Virus genome (UHGV): UHGV-0209088
Length of the DNA stretch: 64,000 nt
Source: a virus
Strand: one strand, 5' to 3'
Part shown: piece after piece, positions 1 through 8,774 of the stretch
Layout of the letters: the number at the start of each line of letters is the position of its first letter
Numbering within the stretch: position 1 is the stretch's first letter
Notes under the pieces: generated by a model
Database searches by the model: none
Seen by the model: only the letters and a program-made list of their open reading frames with translations
What the model was told of the DNA's origin: nothing
Translations under genes and position numbers: made by a program

Positions 1-79
1 TCATCGTTGCCAGATACAGAACCACGTATACGGCGGCGAACAGCAGCGCGAAGATGAGCACTGCACGCAATATCATGAA
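1..79 (-). CDS. small hydrophobic ORF (27 aa, MFMILRAVLIFALLFAAVYVVLYLATM)
   Basis: ATG (complement of 77-79) to TGA at window edge; entirely hydrophobic; below ORF-track cutoff. Confidence 0.2.
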
Positions 80-120
80 CATAAAATTTCCTGATAGCGC
101 CCCGCGGGGCGCGGTGTGGG

Positions 121-909
121 TTAGTAATCGCCGTTCGGGTAGCTGAAGTCTTCGGGATCGCAATCAAACACGAGATCGGCCTGACCGTAATACAGCGCGA
201 CCATGTAGCGTTCCCAGTCGTTGTGGATCAGCCCCAGTGACACGATGTGCTGCACCGCCTTGTCGCCCAGCTTGGCACTATAGATGCGGTATACCGGATG
301 CCCGTTTTCGTCTTTACCTTCTTCCAGGCGCGAGGCGATGCTGTTTTCCAGGTCGTATTTGCTGCGTTGCCGCGATGAGTAGGAATAGCCACTGCCGCTA
401 TCTTTTTGCTGCTTGTCAAAGTAGATATGCAGGTATTTACCATCCTCGTCGCAGCGGACGTCCGGTGCTTCCCAGCCTTCCCGAGAAGCCTCTTCCTGAT
501 GCTCTTCGATGAAGCTCTCAATCAGCTTGCTCAGGAGAACACGCTTCGGAACAGCGCTATCAGCCATCACTGAGGCCAGCGCCTCTTCCGCTTTTTGCAC
601 CATGTCATCAGCGATGCCAGAAGACTGCCACTTGGCGCGCAGAGCATTGGTTACCAGCTCGTTATAGCGACCAACCTCCAGGAGGCTATCAACATTCGAC
701 GGCAAAGCGGATTTAAACGCTTCGCTCATAACTTTGCCGAAATCGCCATATGAACGGAAGGCTTCGCCAACCAAATCCTTGAACATCTTCTCAATACCGG
801 CGTCGATGATCTCGACGGCCTTCGGGCTGGTTGCAAAGTCGACGCAGCGCCGGGTCAGCAGATCGGCAAGCGAAGTATTGACGTTTACCGGGGTGTTTTC
901 GTTGCTCAT
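121..909 (-). CDS. hypothetical phage early protein (262 aa)
   Basis: long ORF, good RBS (aaagga) before ATG at 909, last gene of leftward operon. Confidence 0.65.
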   Translation of the reverse strand: MSNENTPVNVNTSLADLLTRRCVDFATSPKAVEIIDAGIEKMFKDLVGEAFRSYGDFGKVMSEAFKSALPSNVDSLLEVGRYNELVTNALRAKWQSSGIADDMVQKAEEALASVMADSAVPKRVLLSKLIESFIEEHQEEASREGWEAPDVRCDEDGKYLHIYFDKQQKDSGSGYSYSSRQRSKYDLENSIASRLEEGKDENGHPVYRIYSAKLGDKAVQHIVSLGLIHNDWERYMVALYYGQADLVFDCDPEDFSYPNGDY

Positions 910-962
910 ATCCTTTCCTTAATAGTGGTGGTGAAAGCGCCCTGTTTTAGGTGCTGATGTTG

Positions 963-1190
963 CTATTCTGCAGCCTGCTCAGCAGATTTATCTGCGAGTT
1001 CCGCTTCCTTTTGGATCAAATCAGCGTGTGCCTGGTTGAGCTGATCCAGCATTTTCTGTCGAAGTTCAGCTGGCATAGAAATGAACATCATCCTGGTGAC
1101 CCCGATGATACTGCCGCTGACCTCACCGGTGTGGGTATCAGCCCAGTATTTAGCCCTGGCTGACCACGGTGCTTTTTTATTACTCGCCAT
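963..1190 (-). CDS. hypothetical small protein (75 aa)
   Basis: ORF with RBS aggaac upstream of ATG. Confidence 0.5.
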   Translation of the reverse strand: MASNKKAPWSARAKYWADTHTGEVSGSIIGVTRMMFISMPAELRQKMLDQLNQAHADLIQKEAELADKSAEQAAE

Positions 1191-1372
1191 ATTAAGTTCC
1201 TGTGTTGTTGGTGAATTTGCAACCGGCCCGCACGCGAACCGGTGGTAAAGTCACCAGAGTTTCCAGATGGCAAAAGCCATCGACCAGCATGCAGCAGGAA
1301 AGTAGACAAGCGTCACGCGGCGAGCTGCAGCCGGGTGGAGCGTCATAAGCCAGTCTATGATCATCGAACACC

Positions 1373-1489
1373 TCACTTGAAAAAGTTGAAGAAGATTGCC
1401 AGCGGTACCGCGATAGCCAGCGTCAAAATAATCGTCAGCAAGCAGCTGCGGCGCTCTTCTTTGTTACGGAACCGGGACGCCTCAGTCAT
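1373..1489 (-). CDS. small membrane protein (38 aa, MTEASRFRNKEERRSCLLTIILTLAIAVPLAIFFNFFK)
   Basis: short ORF below track cutoff; single TM segment; downstream of leftward promoter at 1542-1570. Confidence 0.3.
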   Translation of the reverse strand: MTEASRFRNKEERRSCLLTIILTLAIAVPLAIFFNFFK

Positions 1490-1541
1490 CAGGTCTTTCA
1501 CGGAAATTACCTCTTTGTAATTGCTTTGTGTCGTTAGAGAA

Positions 1542-1570
1542 ATACTATTGCATTACTCAAAAATGAGCAA
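1542..1570 (-). promoter_or_regulatory. sigma70-like promoter (TTGCTC-N17-TAGTAT) overlapping palindromic operator TTACTCAAAAATGAGCAA
   Basis: read on minus strand: -35 TTGCTC (1565-1570), 17-nt spacer, -10 TAGTAT (1542-1547); palindrome 1553-1570 is member of a repeated family. Confidence 0.5.
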
Positions 1571-1576
1571 GCGTTT

Positions 1577-2059
1577 TTAAACATTATTTCTTGATTTCCC
1601 GCTTACCCAGACAACAACACGCTGATACGGTACCTCCATCTTCTCAGCGATATCTTTACGCGATACCCCGGCTTCAAAGAGCTGGCGGCAAAGGCTGACA
1701 TCTTCGTCGCTGTACTTCTTCCTCAGCAGAGGCAGGCCGATTGCCCAGCATTTCTTTTTGATCGACGCCTCGGTTCGGTTGAGGGCCACCGCCATTTCCG
1801 CAGGGGTCATCGTCTGGTGGTTGGCCTCGAGGAAGGCCATCTCTTCGAATGACCACTCAACCCAGTTCTGCTGTCTTACCGGCTTGATCCCGGCCCGTTG
1901 CATCCTGGTGCGGACGGAAGAGAATGAACGGCCCATCATGGCGGCTACCTGGCGCGCCGGATACAGACGCGCGAGCTCGCGCAGCCTATCCATGTCCTCG
2001 GTAGTCCAGCGCGTTCTGTCGAAGTTGGTTCTCACCTTTCTCGGTGTTTTGGTGCCCAT
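1577..2059 (-). CDS. putative DNA-binding protein with two tandem HTH-like repeats (160 aa)
   Basis: ORF with RBS ggag; internal duplicated W..EE..L...T..E.A..L.RT..S...RC motif suggests tandem HTH/SANT-like repeats. Confidence 0.55.
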   Translation of the reverse strand: MGTKTPRKVRTNFDRTRWTTEDMDRLRELARLYPARQVAAMMGRSFSSVRTRMQRAGIKPVRQQNWVEWSFEEMAFLEANHQTMTPAEMAVALNRTEASIKKKCWAIGLPLLRKKYSDEDVSLCRQLFEAGVSRKDIAEKMEVPYQRVVVWVSGKSRNNV

Positions 2060-2094
2060 AAAGCTCCAAAGCCCGCGCTAGGCGGGCAGGTAAG

Positions 2095-2502
2095 TTATTG
2101 CCAGGTCACACCTGCAGCGACGAGCTGGCGACAGTGACGGATGACTTCGGCGCGGGTTACATCACCAATGCGCCACGGAGAGTAGAACGGCTCCTTGTCC
2201 ACCGGCTCGCCACCGGAGATTTCAATGTCATCTGCATTGCCGATCCCATCCCAGTCGGTCGTCTGCTGGATCAGAGCGCTATGCAATAGGAAGAATGCAT
2301 CGTAACTGTCGGCCTCACCCCAGTAGTCAACGGTGCAAACCTGCCATTCCTGGTACCAGAGTCCACCGATATAGGCTTCATCAAGGGTGAACGCCTCTGG
2401 CGGATACTGCTTCGGCATAAGAGCAATCAGGAGACGCATCGCCTCAGTGCTAAACTTCTTCTCAATGCGCGCTTTGAGGTTGGTGTACTTTTTACGTCCC
2501 AT
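2095..2502 (-). CDS. hypothetical protein (135 aa)
   Basis: ORF with strong RBS gaggaaagg. Confidence 0.6.
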   Translation of the reverse strand: MGRKKYTNLKARIEKKFSTEAMRLLIALMPKQYPPEAFTLDEAYIGGLWYQEWQVCTVDYWGEADSYDAFFLLHSALIQQTTDWDGIGNADDIEISGGEPVDKEPFYSPWRIGDVTRAEVIRHCRQLVAAGVTWQ

Positions 2503-2544
2503 ATCCTTTCCTCAGTGATGCCCGCGCGGGGCGGGCAGGGTGGA

Positions 2545-3189
2545 TTATTCGTCGTCTTCCTTATCGGTGACGGTCGTCAGGTCGTAGAACTGGCCATAGG
2601 TCAGCTGCTGGAACTCTGGCGGGATCTCGACGCTGCCGTGGCGCACCTCTCCAGGCTCCTTCGCCTTGCTGTTCGGGATCGCGAACAACAGGCAGTCATC
2701 GCGTCCCGGGCAGCGGCCACCGTAGGTGGTGAGCATGCTGATACCCCAGCCGCGATCAGCTGCGCTCCCGAAGCCGGTTCGCAGTACCCCGTAGTGATCA
2801 ATGATGTAGGCTTGCCATACCGGCAGGCTCTTCAGCTTCTCATTTGCCGCGCGAAGCGACGCATCCAGCTTCTTGTTGAACTCCCGGCCATCGGCGGTGT
2901 TGGCCTTGCCGCGAGCAATGATGACGTGCTGGTCACCTAAGAAGTCGCGTCTCTTGACAGTCATCTGGCAGGGGAACTGGTGGTCCGAAGGCCACGCCAG
3001 ACTCTGGATCAGCCCACCCTTATCGCCCCAACCGGCGCTGTCGATAAAGCCTGCGGCGCCAAACTCGCCAAGGATGCCGTTGATGATCTCCTTGCGCTGC
3101 TCTTCGATAGCGTTGTACCCGTCAATCAGGGCTTTAACCGCTGGACCCTCGACTTTGTAATAGTCGTAGTGCTTTGCGTTCTTTGACAT
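2545..3189 (-). CDS. hypothetical protein (214 aa)
   Basis: ORF with RBS gagagg; tightly packed after PAPS-reductase gene. Confidence 0.6.
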   Translation of the reverse strand: MSKNAKHYDYYKVEGPAVKALIDGYNAIEEQRKEIINGILGEFGAAGFIDSAGWGDKGGLIQSLAWPSDHQFPCQMTVKRRDFLGDQHVIIARGKANTADGREFNKKLDASLRAANEKLKSLPVWQAYIIDHYGVLRTGFGSAADRGWGISMLTTYGGRCPGRDDCLLFAIPNSKAKEPGEVRHGSVEIPPEFQQLTYGQFYDLTTVTDKEDDE

Positions 3190-3200
3190 ATGTTCCTCTC

Positions 3201-3980
3201 TTATTGTCGCTGGCTCGGCATGCGTGCGGCCAGCTCGTCACGGGTGTCGCCCGAAAACATCTGGATGATGCCGTCGAACGTGTTCTTGCCGCGGTACATC
3301 ACCAGGTCGGTACCGCAGCGGGATTCCATCATGCGAACGTCGTCGGCGGTCAGGATGTCCCAGAACTGGCGCGCCAGCTCCGGTTCGTCCTTGGCGGCCA
3401 GCGCGATTTTCTGGATGGATTTCTTGATGCAGAAGACGCAGTTCCCCAGGTGCTCGGGGATCTGCAGGTCGAACGCCTGCTGGCTCCACCAGTTGATGAC
3501 ATCCTGCTTCCCGAAGTCGGAGATCTCGGCCAGGTAGTGAACTGGCGGCTTGCCGGTCAGGCGCTTCGGCTCGTCGGCGCGAATGCCTATCCACGTATTG
3601 TAGGCATTACGGCCAATGTGCTCGTCACAGTATTTCTTGAACGGCCCCAGCTTCATGCGGTCTGTGCAGAACTCGCCGCCGACATATGGCGTGCCGTATT
3701 TGCGGAGCATATCGACCCACGGCGTCAGGTCTGGGCCGATCTCATCGAGCGTTACGACGCGGTAGCCGTTGCCCTTGCCCAGAACAGGGTTCACCACCAC
3801 GCGAAGGCAGACCAGATCAATGCCCCAGTGTTTCACCGCGTCACGGATGAAGTCATAGGTTTTCGGGTGCTCGGCACCGGTGTCCATGAACACAAAGCGG
3901 GTGTCCGGGTCACGCTGGCGCATCAGGTGCGCGAGATAGGCAGAGGTGCGCCCACCGGAGAAACTTACGACATTGATCAC
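3201..3980 (-). CDS. phosphoadenosine-phosphosulfate (PAPS) reductase family protein (259 aa)
   Basis: N-terminal PP-loop SFSGGRTS (SGGxDS type), overall PAPS_reduct-like composition; GTG start with RBS gaggaaagg. Confidence 0.8.
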   Translation of the reverse strand: MINVVSFSGGRTSAYLAHLMRQRDPDTRFVFMDTGAEHPKTYDFIRDAVKHWGIDLVCLRVVVNPVLGKGNGYRVVTLDEIGPDLTPWVDMLRKYGTPYVGGEFCTDRMKLGPFKKYCDEHIGRNAYNTWIGIRADEPKRLTGKPPVHYLAEISDFGKQDVINWWSQQAFDLQIPEHLGNCVFCIKKSIQKIALAAKDEPELARQFWDILTADDVRMMESRCGTDLVMYRGKNTFDGIIQMFSGDTRDELAARMPSQRQ

Positions 3981-3998
3981 TATCCTTTCCTCGGTTGA

Positions 3999-4484
3999 TT
4001 ACTGGTTCCGCAGCTTGCGCAGCTGCGCTTTCACGGCCTCGAGCGAGCGGCCCAGGTGCTCAGCGATAGCCTTTTGCGTCATGCCCTGCTGGCGGAGAAG
4101 CAGGAGTTCCACATTCTGCTCAGGCGTCCACCGGGGCTTAATGAATGCCAGGCTGATGCCGAACTGCTGCGCCAGCTCATTCACATAGCGCTCGGACAGA
4201 CGCATGCTTTCTCCTATTCGCCATGCTGGCATCTGCCCGGCCCGAAGTGCGATCGCGTACCGGATGCGGCGGCGCCGGTTGATGCGTCTGGCGTTCCGCT
4301 TCCAGTATCTCTGGTTCGAAGCGCTGATGGCCTGCTTTCGTTCTGCCCGCTGCCGCTCCTTACTGGCGCGCTCACACGCCTTGCAGTAGCTTCGCAGGCC
4401 GTCTGCCCGTCGCTTGTCCCTGGTGAAACTGCTGGCCGGTTTATCCTCTTCGCACCGGCAGCAGCGTTTAGTGTCAGGGTTCAT
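3999..4484 (-). CDS. putative transcriptional regulator, N-terminal Cys4 zinc finger plus C-terminal sigma70-region4/LuxR-like HTH (161 aa)
   Basis: CCRCEEDK...CKAC cysteine cluster; C-terminal LLLRQQGMTQKAIAEHLGRSLEAVKAQL typical HTH. Confidence 0.6.
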   Translation of the reverse strand: MNPDTKRCCRCEEDKPASSFTRDKRRADGLRSYCKACERASKERQRAERKQAISASNQRYWKRNARRINRRRRIRYAIALRAGQMPAWRIGESMRLSERYVNELAQQFGISLAFIKPRWTPEQNVELLLLRQQGMTQKAIAEHLGRSLEAVKAQLRKLRNQ

Positions 4485-4488
4485 TACA

Positions 4489-4824
4489 TCAGTGGGCTAT
4501 CGCAGCCCGGCGAGCGCGGCATTGTTCGCAGTCGCATTCGCCGTTGTCAGTACGGTTCTTAGTGACCAGGGCGTCCACCACCTCATACGGCACAGTCGCG
4601 CCGTTCATTTTCAGCATTTCGAGGCCAGCGATGAGAGCATTATCAGCCAGCTCTTCGTCGGAATTGATCAGGGCGCAAATACGCTTTTTCTGCATGATTT
4701 CATCGTTCCCGGTCACAACGCACGCCACGTATGGGATACGGTTAGTGGTGCAAACTTCGTGCAGCTCCGTGATGAGAGCGTTGAGCTTTTCTTCGACTTC
4801 AGGTGCCAGTTTAAAGGTTTTCAT
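4489..4824 (-). CDS. hypothetical protein (111 aa; start moved to MKTFKLAPEVEE)
   Basis: internal ATG with good RBS aaggaaa; upstream ORF extension lacks RBS. Confidence 0.55.
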   Translation of the reverse strand: MKTFKLAPEVEEKLNALITELHEVCTTNRIPYVACVVTGNDEIMQKKRICALINSDEELADNALIAGLEMLKMNGATVPYEVVDALVTKNRTDNGECDCEQCRARRAAIAH

Positions 4825-4837
4825 AGAATTTCCTTGG

Positions 4838-5020
4838 TTAGAGAATAGTGGGGTGTGCCTTTCCGGTAGCCGCGAAATGCTCGGCTTCCGCTTGCGTTCT
4901 GAAATACTGACCGAGACAGCCATGCTGGCCCAACCACGGATACTCACGCCCGGCGTGGTATGCTATTTTTCCAACTGCTACGGCGTACTGGTTCTCGCCG
5001 GTCTTGATGAGTGTATGCAC
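4838..5020 (-). CDS. hypothetical small protein (60 aa, GTG start)
   Basis: RBS gaggaaagg 6 nt before GTG; longer ORF-track version overlaps upstream gene. Confidence 0.4.
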   Translation of the reverse strand: MHTLIKTGENQYAVAVGKIAYHAGREYPWLGQHGCLGQYFRTQAEAEHFAATGKAHPTIL

Positions 5021-5060
5021 GATCCTTTCCTCGTTTAGCCCCGTCGCCGGGGCGGGTTGG

Positions 5061-5453
5061 TTAGAACTCGCCGTAACGGCCAGATTGTGGATCGAGCGGC
5101 GCGAACTTCGCTTCCATCTGGTCCTGATGCGCGGCGTCCATCCAGCCAGCGTCTTCAAGGTGGCGCTCGTAGGCGGCGTCAGGGTCGGAATGGTCGCAGA
5201 ACTGCTCGTAAAGGTAGTCCTCGGTTTCTTTGTGCCATTCCTTAAAAGAGGACAGCGCGGCGTTAATCATCACCGGAGACTGGGAAGCGAACAGCACCTT
5301 CTTCTCGGTGCGCTCAGCACTGCCAGTCAGTGCCCAACGCAGGACAACGACTTTGCCCTCGCCACCGATTTCGACGTTCAGGTTATGGGCCGGCTTGGTC
5401 ATTACCAGATCAGTCACCAGCAATTCGAATTCTTCTTTGGTCATGCGTTTCAT
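5061..5453 (-). CDS. hypothetical protein (130 aa), first gene of leftward operon
   Basis: ORF with RBS gaggcaagg. Confidence 0.6.
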   Translation of the reverse strand: MKRMTKEEFELLVTDLVMTKPAHNLNVEIGGEGKVVVLRWALTGSAERTEKKVLFASQSPVMINAALSSFKEWHKETEDYLYEQFCDHSDPDAAYERHLEDAGWMDAAHQDQMEAKFAPLDPQSGRYGEF

Positions 5454-5650
5454 GGGCCTTGCCTCTTCTATGATTATTGGCTGAGCGGCGGTTCGTTCGT
5501 CTTGCGCCTCGGTTCAAGAGCCAGTCTCGCGTTCTCCCTTTCGGGTAGTGGGACTGGGTTTGGCCTCACGGTTGGGAATCCTGACACTACGATCAAGCCC
5601 CTGCGTTGCGCATCTCCCCTGGCATCCTTGCCCGCCGCTCCTTGAAAGTA

Positions 5651-5679
5651 ACTATATTGCATTACTCAAATATGAGCAA
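5651..5679 (-). promoter_or_regulatory. sigma70-like promoter (TTGCTC-N17-TATAGT) overlapping palindromic operator TTACTCAAATATGAGCAA
   Basis: minus strand -35 (5674-5679), -10 TATAGT (5651-5656), 17-nt spacer; palindrome 5662-5679. Confidence 0.55.
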
Positions 5680-5710
5680 GTAGTTTTTACGATTTCCGTT
5701 GCAAATAAAG

Positions 5711-5730
5711 GAAAAACCCGCCGAAGCGGG
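5711..5730 (-). terminator. rho-independent terminator (cccgcttcggcggg + T-run on minus strand)
   Basis: GC hairpin 5717-5730 followed on minus strand by TTTTTCC. Confidence 0.6.
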
Positions 5731-5946
5731 TCATTTGTTTTCTTCCATTTCTTCGTAGAGCCGTTCGTCTACGTAGCCTTCCCACTTCCCGCGGATGAAG
5801 ATGACATCCTCACCGCACGGGTGCCGACTGTCGATGACTATATCCCGCCTGATGCACTGGTGCTTCCGCATCAAGTAGTTCACCACCTCGGGGAAGTCGT
5901 CGGCGCTATCCCAGATATCGTCGGGGTGGTAGCGGACCTTTGGCAT
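5731..5946 (-). CDS. hypothetical protein (71 aa)
   Basis: ORF followed by terminator. Confidence 0.5.
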   Translation of the reverse strand: MPKVRYHPDDIWDSADDFPEVVNYLMRKHQCIRRDIVIDSRHPCGEDVIFIRGKWEGYVDERLYEEMEENK

Positions 5947-5954
5947 GCTGCCGC

Positions 5955-6140
5955 CTACCCGTGACGGTTCGTGTTGCTGGCGTTCTTTACCGCAGCAATC
6001 AGATCGCTGGCGGAGACCGTTCGCTTCTCATCACCGATATTCAGCACCACGAGATCAGGGTCGTTCCAGTGCGAGTGGACCCGCACCGGTGTGTTGGCCA
6101 CGTCGCCGCGGGTGGGTACCTCGTTGCTGACGGCGATCAT
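5955..6140 (-). CDS. hypothetical small protein (61 aa)
   Basis: ORF only; translationally coupled position. Confidence 0.35.
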   Translation of the reverse strand: MIAVSNEVPTRGDVANTPVRVHSHWNDPDLVVLNIGDEKRTVSASDLIAAVKNASNTNRHG

Positions 6141-6493
6141 AGCAGGCGCTCCAGCTCAGCCAGGTCGGCTTCAATTTCGCCAAGACGCCGCGCTTCGTAT
6201 TCCAGCTGCTCGAGGTGAACGACCAGCATCCCGCGCGGCTCGGAATCATCATCTTCGCTACCGCCGCCTGTTCGCGGTTCAAGGCCGCGAAGTCGGGTCA
6301 GGAGGCCGGAAACGCGACTGCCGATATTGTTGATGACGTGCAGGTTATCCATCGCCTGGTCCCGGCACTTCTCCATCGTGGTGGGGTTGTACGCTATTTT
6401 GGATGATGCCACCAGGTTAGCGCTGTCGTCCGAACCCAGTTTCGTCGGCTGGACAAAGCCGTTAGATCGGTTTGCGTTAGATGGGTTTGCCAT
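6137..6493 (-). CDS. hypothetical protein with C-terminal coiled coil (119 aa; start at MANPSNANRS)
   Basis: RBS aaagaggaa before ATG at 6493; C-terminal heptad-like LEQLEYEARRLGEIEADLAELERLL. Confidence 0.55.
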   Translation of the reverse strand: MANPSNANRSNGFVQPTKLGSDDSANLVASSKIAYNPTTMEKCRDQAMDNLHVINNIGSRVSGLLTRLRGLEPRTGGGSEDDDSEPRGMLVVHLEQLEYEARRLGEIEADLAELERLL

Positions 6494-6660
6494 GGGTAGT
6501 TCCTCTTTATGAATGGAGGCCCATTGTCCCAGCGGGCGAAGCGGAACTTCAAATCGCATCCTCTATCGTCGCGATTGGCTGCGCTCATCGAGCAGCGGAA
6601 CCGCCTGGCGCTCGCGGCGCGACACCACCGCCAAAGAGGCGCACGGCACGACGCAGCACT

Positions 6661-7202
6661 CAGTTCCACCTTTACCGCAAAGCATTGATTGCGCGCATAA
6701 ACCTTATGGAACTGAAAACGGAACCAGCGCTCAGTTCCAGTTCCAGTTCCATCTACAGTTCCATTTGCTCAGCGGCTCATTAACGGAGGCGGAACTGCCA
6801 GCCGGAACTTCTGGCCGGAACTGCTGGTTCCGCTACGCAGATCAATAGCTTACGCTGATTACACCACCCCGTAAGCATGAGTCAGTTCCGGGGCGGTTCC
6901 AGTATTTATCTATATAAATCAGGTGCTTGCTCAAAATTGATGAAATGGAACTGCTTTTTTGCGGAAAAATACAATACCCATACATGTGTGTGAGTGGGGG
7001 TGAGGGTGTAACAGATTTGATCATGACACCTCATTCTCACGTAGTCCTATGTAGGGTGTAGAATTCAGTTCCAGTATGTGTGTTTGTCTCTATATAATAT
7101 ATATATCTTATTGATAAATAATAATAATAATAATAGGAGGGGATGGAACTGGTGCCGGAACTTTGCCGGAACTGGATGGAACTCAGCAGCACACCCAGTT
7201 CC
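6661..7202. repeat. iteron cluster: 17 copies of GGAACT(G)/(C)AGTTCC core in two subfamilies (GCCGGAACT and ATGGAACTG), including a triple tandem AGTTCC
   Basis: counted cores at 6661,6708,6732,6739,6745,6756,6791,6804,6817,6883,6947,7066,7145,7157,7168,7178,7196 in non-coding DNA. Confidence 0.8.
7091..7135. repeat. AT-rich tract with (AAT)6 microsatellite, embedded in iteron region (possible DNA unwinding element)
   Basis: tatataatatatatatcttattgataaataataataataataata. Confidence 0.6.
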
Positions 7203-7320
7203 ATTACCCGGAAATAGTAATAAACTCCCGCATTGTCACTAAAAATATTCCTAAATCTGTTCTCTACTTGCTCATTTTTGTTTTATACTCCCGGCATCAC
7301 AGGTCAGTGGTGTCAACAGC

Positions 7321-7860
7321 ATGGTCGAATACTTCACGATTCCCGAGCTGCCCGATAAGCAAATGTTCAGATGCGAACGCAGGAATGCCACTCTCCAGGT
7401 GGCTTCCTGTGCTTCCATGTGGAAGGCAGCCAACAGCAAGAACAGCGCCGAGTGCAACATGTCATGCCGGACTTGCAGTCTGGGTGCCGTGCATGCTGGT
7501 GAGGGCGACGCACAAATGTCCCACCTGCGTGGCATCGAGATCTGCTCGCGGTGTCATCGTGTCGGTATGCGCCTGATAGGCGGTGATATCTGCGTCAGCT
7601 GCTGGAACAGGCAGAGGGAAGTCATCATCGGGAAGAATGCCCGCGGGCGTAAACCTCTCAACCATCCCCCCATTGTGCCGCACGAAATCACCGTCATGAC
7701 CGGGAAGAAACTGGTCACCATCAAACGCACCCACGCGGTCTGTACCGAAGAGCTGGTTATCTCAGCACTGCGCGACAGCACCAGGCAGGTGTTCTTTGGG
7801 TTTCATTCGAAAGGTCAGACAGGTGTGCAGGCTATGCCTGTGCAGGGGGAATTGTTTTGA
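7321..7860 (+). CDS. cysteine-rich (multiple CxxC) putative zinc-binding protein (179 aa)
   Basis: ORF immediately downstream of iterons; at least 4 CxxC pairs. Confidence 0.55.
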   Translation: MVEYFTIPELPDKQMFRCERRNATLQVASCASMWKAANSKNSAECNMSCRTCSLGAVHAGEGDAQMSHLRGIEICSRCHRVGMRLIGGDICVSCWNRQREVIIGKNARGRKPLNHPPIVPHEITVMTGKKLVTIKRTHAVCTEELVISALRDSTRQVFFGFHSKGQTGVQAMPVQGELF

Positions 7861-8210
7861 TGCAGAGTATGCAACAATCCGAGGCGTTACAGTCAGATTC
7901 TGCAACGCTTAAAAAAAACGAGCAATGGGAGCTGGAGCCGCATATCTGCCGTCACTGCTTCGGAAGGCTGGTCTCCCGCCCGGTTCCTGGCGGTGCCCTG
8001 CGCATCTACCGCTGCAGCAACTGCGGGGCTGAGGCCCAGCACAGCCACGCCGACGCACTGTGCTGCTGCGGCATCAAGATTAAGCGCGCCGGACGCAACG
8101 GCACCAAATCGGGATCCATGGTCGATGCCGGCGTGCGGTGCATTCCGAACCCTGAGCGATCGCTGATGTTCCCGAGCGAGATTGTGGCCAGCGAGGTCGT
8201 GCGAAAATGA
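7857..8210 (+). CDS. cysteine-rich small protein (117 aa)
   Basis: overlapping ATGA start; CRHC...CSNC...CCC motifs. Confidence 0.5.
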   Translation: MMQSMQQSEALQSDSATLKKNEQWELEPHICRHCFGRLVSRPVPGGALRIYRCSNCGAEAQHSHADALCCCGIKIKRAGRNGTKSGSMVDAGVRCIPNPERSLMFPSEIVASEVVRK

Positions 8211-8584
8211 GAATTCTCATCACCGGCGAACTGGATCATGTGTCCACCGTTCGTGCGATCCTCGACGCTGCTCACAACAAACGCCGCATAAGCCTGCTGC
8301 TGCACCATGGGCGGTCAGCTGCTGCTGGCATCGCTGAGAAGTGGGCCAATGATACCGGCGTGCTCGTGGCTGAGTTGGAATGGGTAGGCGGTCAATGCTG
8401 GTGGGATATTGCCAGCGTCATCATCGCGTTCCCGCCTCCGGTCATCGATGCCTGCTCGCTGCCGAATGCGGACGCAATGCTGGATGATTGCCGCTCGCAC
8501 GGAATGAAAATCTGGAAGCCAGTTGCTTGGCCTGATTACGAGCCGATGACTCAGCAGGAGCGCGAGGAAAGGCCGTTTGATTAG
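8207..8584 (+). CDS. hypothetical protein (125 aa)
   Basis: ORF, ATGA overlap coupling. Confidence 0.5.
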   Translation: MRILITGELDHVSTVRAILDAAHNKRRISLLLHHGRSAAAGIAEKWANDTGVLVAELEWVGGQCWWDIASVIIAFPPPVIDACSLPNADAMLDDCRSHGMKIWKPVAWPDYEPMTQQEREERPFD

Positions 8585-8599
8585 AAATCAGCTCTCAAA

Positions 8600-8612
8600 G
8601 CTGATGCTCTAA
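8600..8612 (+). promoter_or_regulatory. conserved post-stop motif GCTGATGCTCTAA (copy 1 of 4)
   Basis: identical 13-mer (Y at position 6) at 8600, 12441, 15562, 23104, each 0-18 nt after a stop codon. Confidence 0.4.
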
Positions 8613-8660
8613 AACTTTATTCATTGCCAAATCAATAACTTAATGAAATCGCCCAAGTAT

Positions 8661-8679
8661 TAGGGCGCACATAGGGCGC
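8661..8679 (+). promoter_or_regulatory. tandem direct repeat TAGGGCGCACATAGGGCGC (copy A of 6), T7/K11-promoter-like
   Basis: 19-bp element recurring 6 times upstream of rightward genes. Confidence 0.5.
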
Positions 8680-8714
8680 AGATTATTCAAAAAAGATAAG
8701 TTGACAGGTGGTAT

Positions 8715-8732
8715 TTACTCAAAAATGAGTGA
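8715..8732 (+). promoter_or_regulatory. palindromic operator-like site TTACTCAAAAATGAGTGA
   Basis: member of TTRCTCA-N4-TGAGYAA family; 40 nt upstream of gene start 8775. Confidence 0.4.
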
Positions 8733-8774
8733 TAAGATTACTGCGTGTTCAACAACAACCCAAGGATATACATC

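Noticed and set aside
3174-3998. 274-aa plus-strand ORF overlapping PAPS reductase gene
   Set aside because: Opposite-strand shadow ORF; the minus-strand product carries the PP-loop motif and a strong RBS.
5474-5662. 62-aa minus ORF spanning the leftward promoter region
   Set aside because: Overlaps the promoter/operator itself, no RBS, Arg-rich.
6880-7140. DnaA boxes in the AT-rich tract
   Set aside because: Best candidates (TTATCTATA, TTGATAAAT) match only 6-7 of 9 positions of TTATCCACA; not convincing.
6661-7202. Possible CRISPR array
   Set aside because: Repeats are 6-9 bp, irregularly spaced and in both orientations; that is iteron-like, not CRISPR repeat-spacer architecture.
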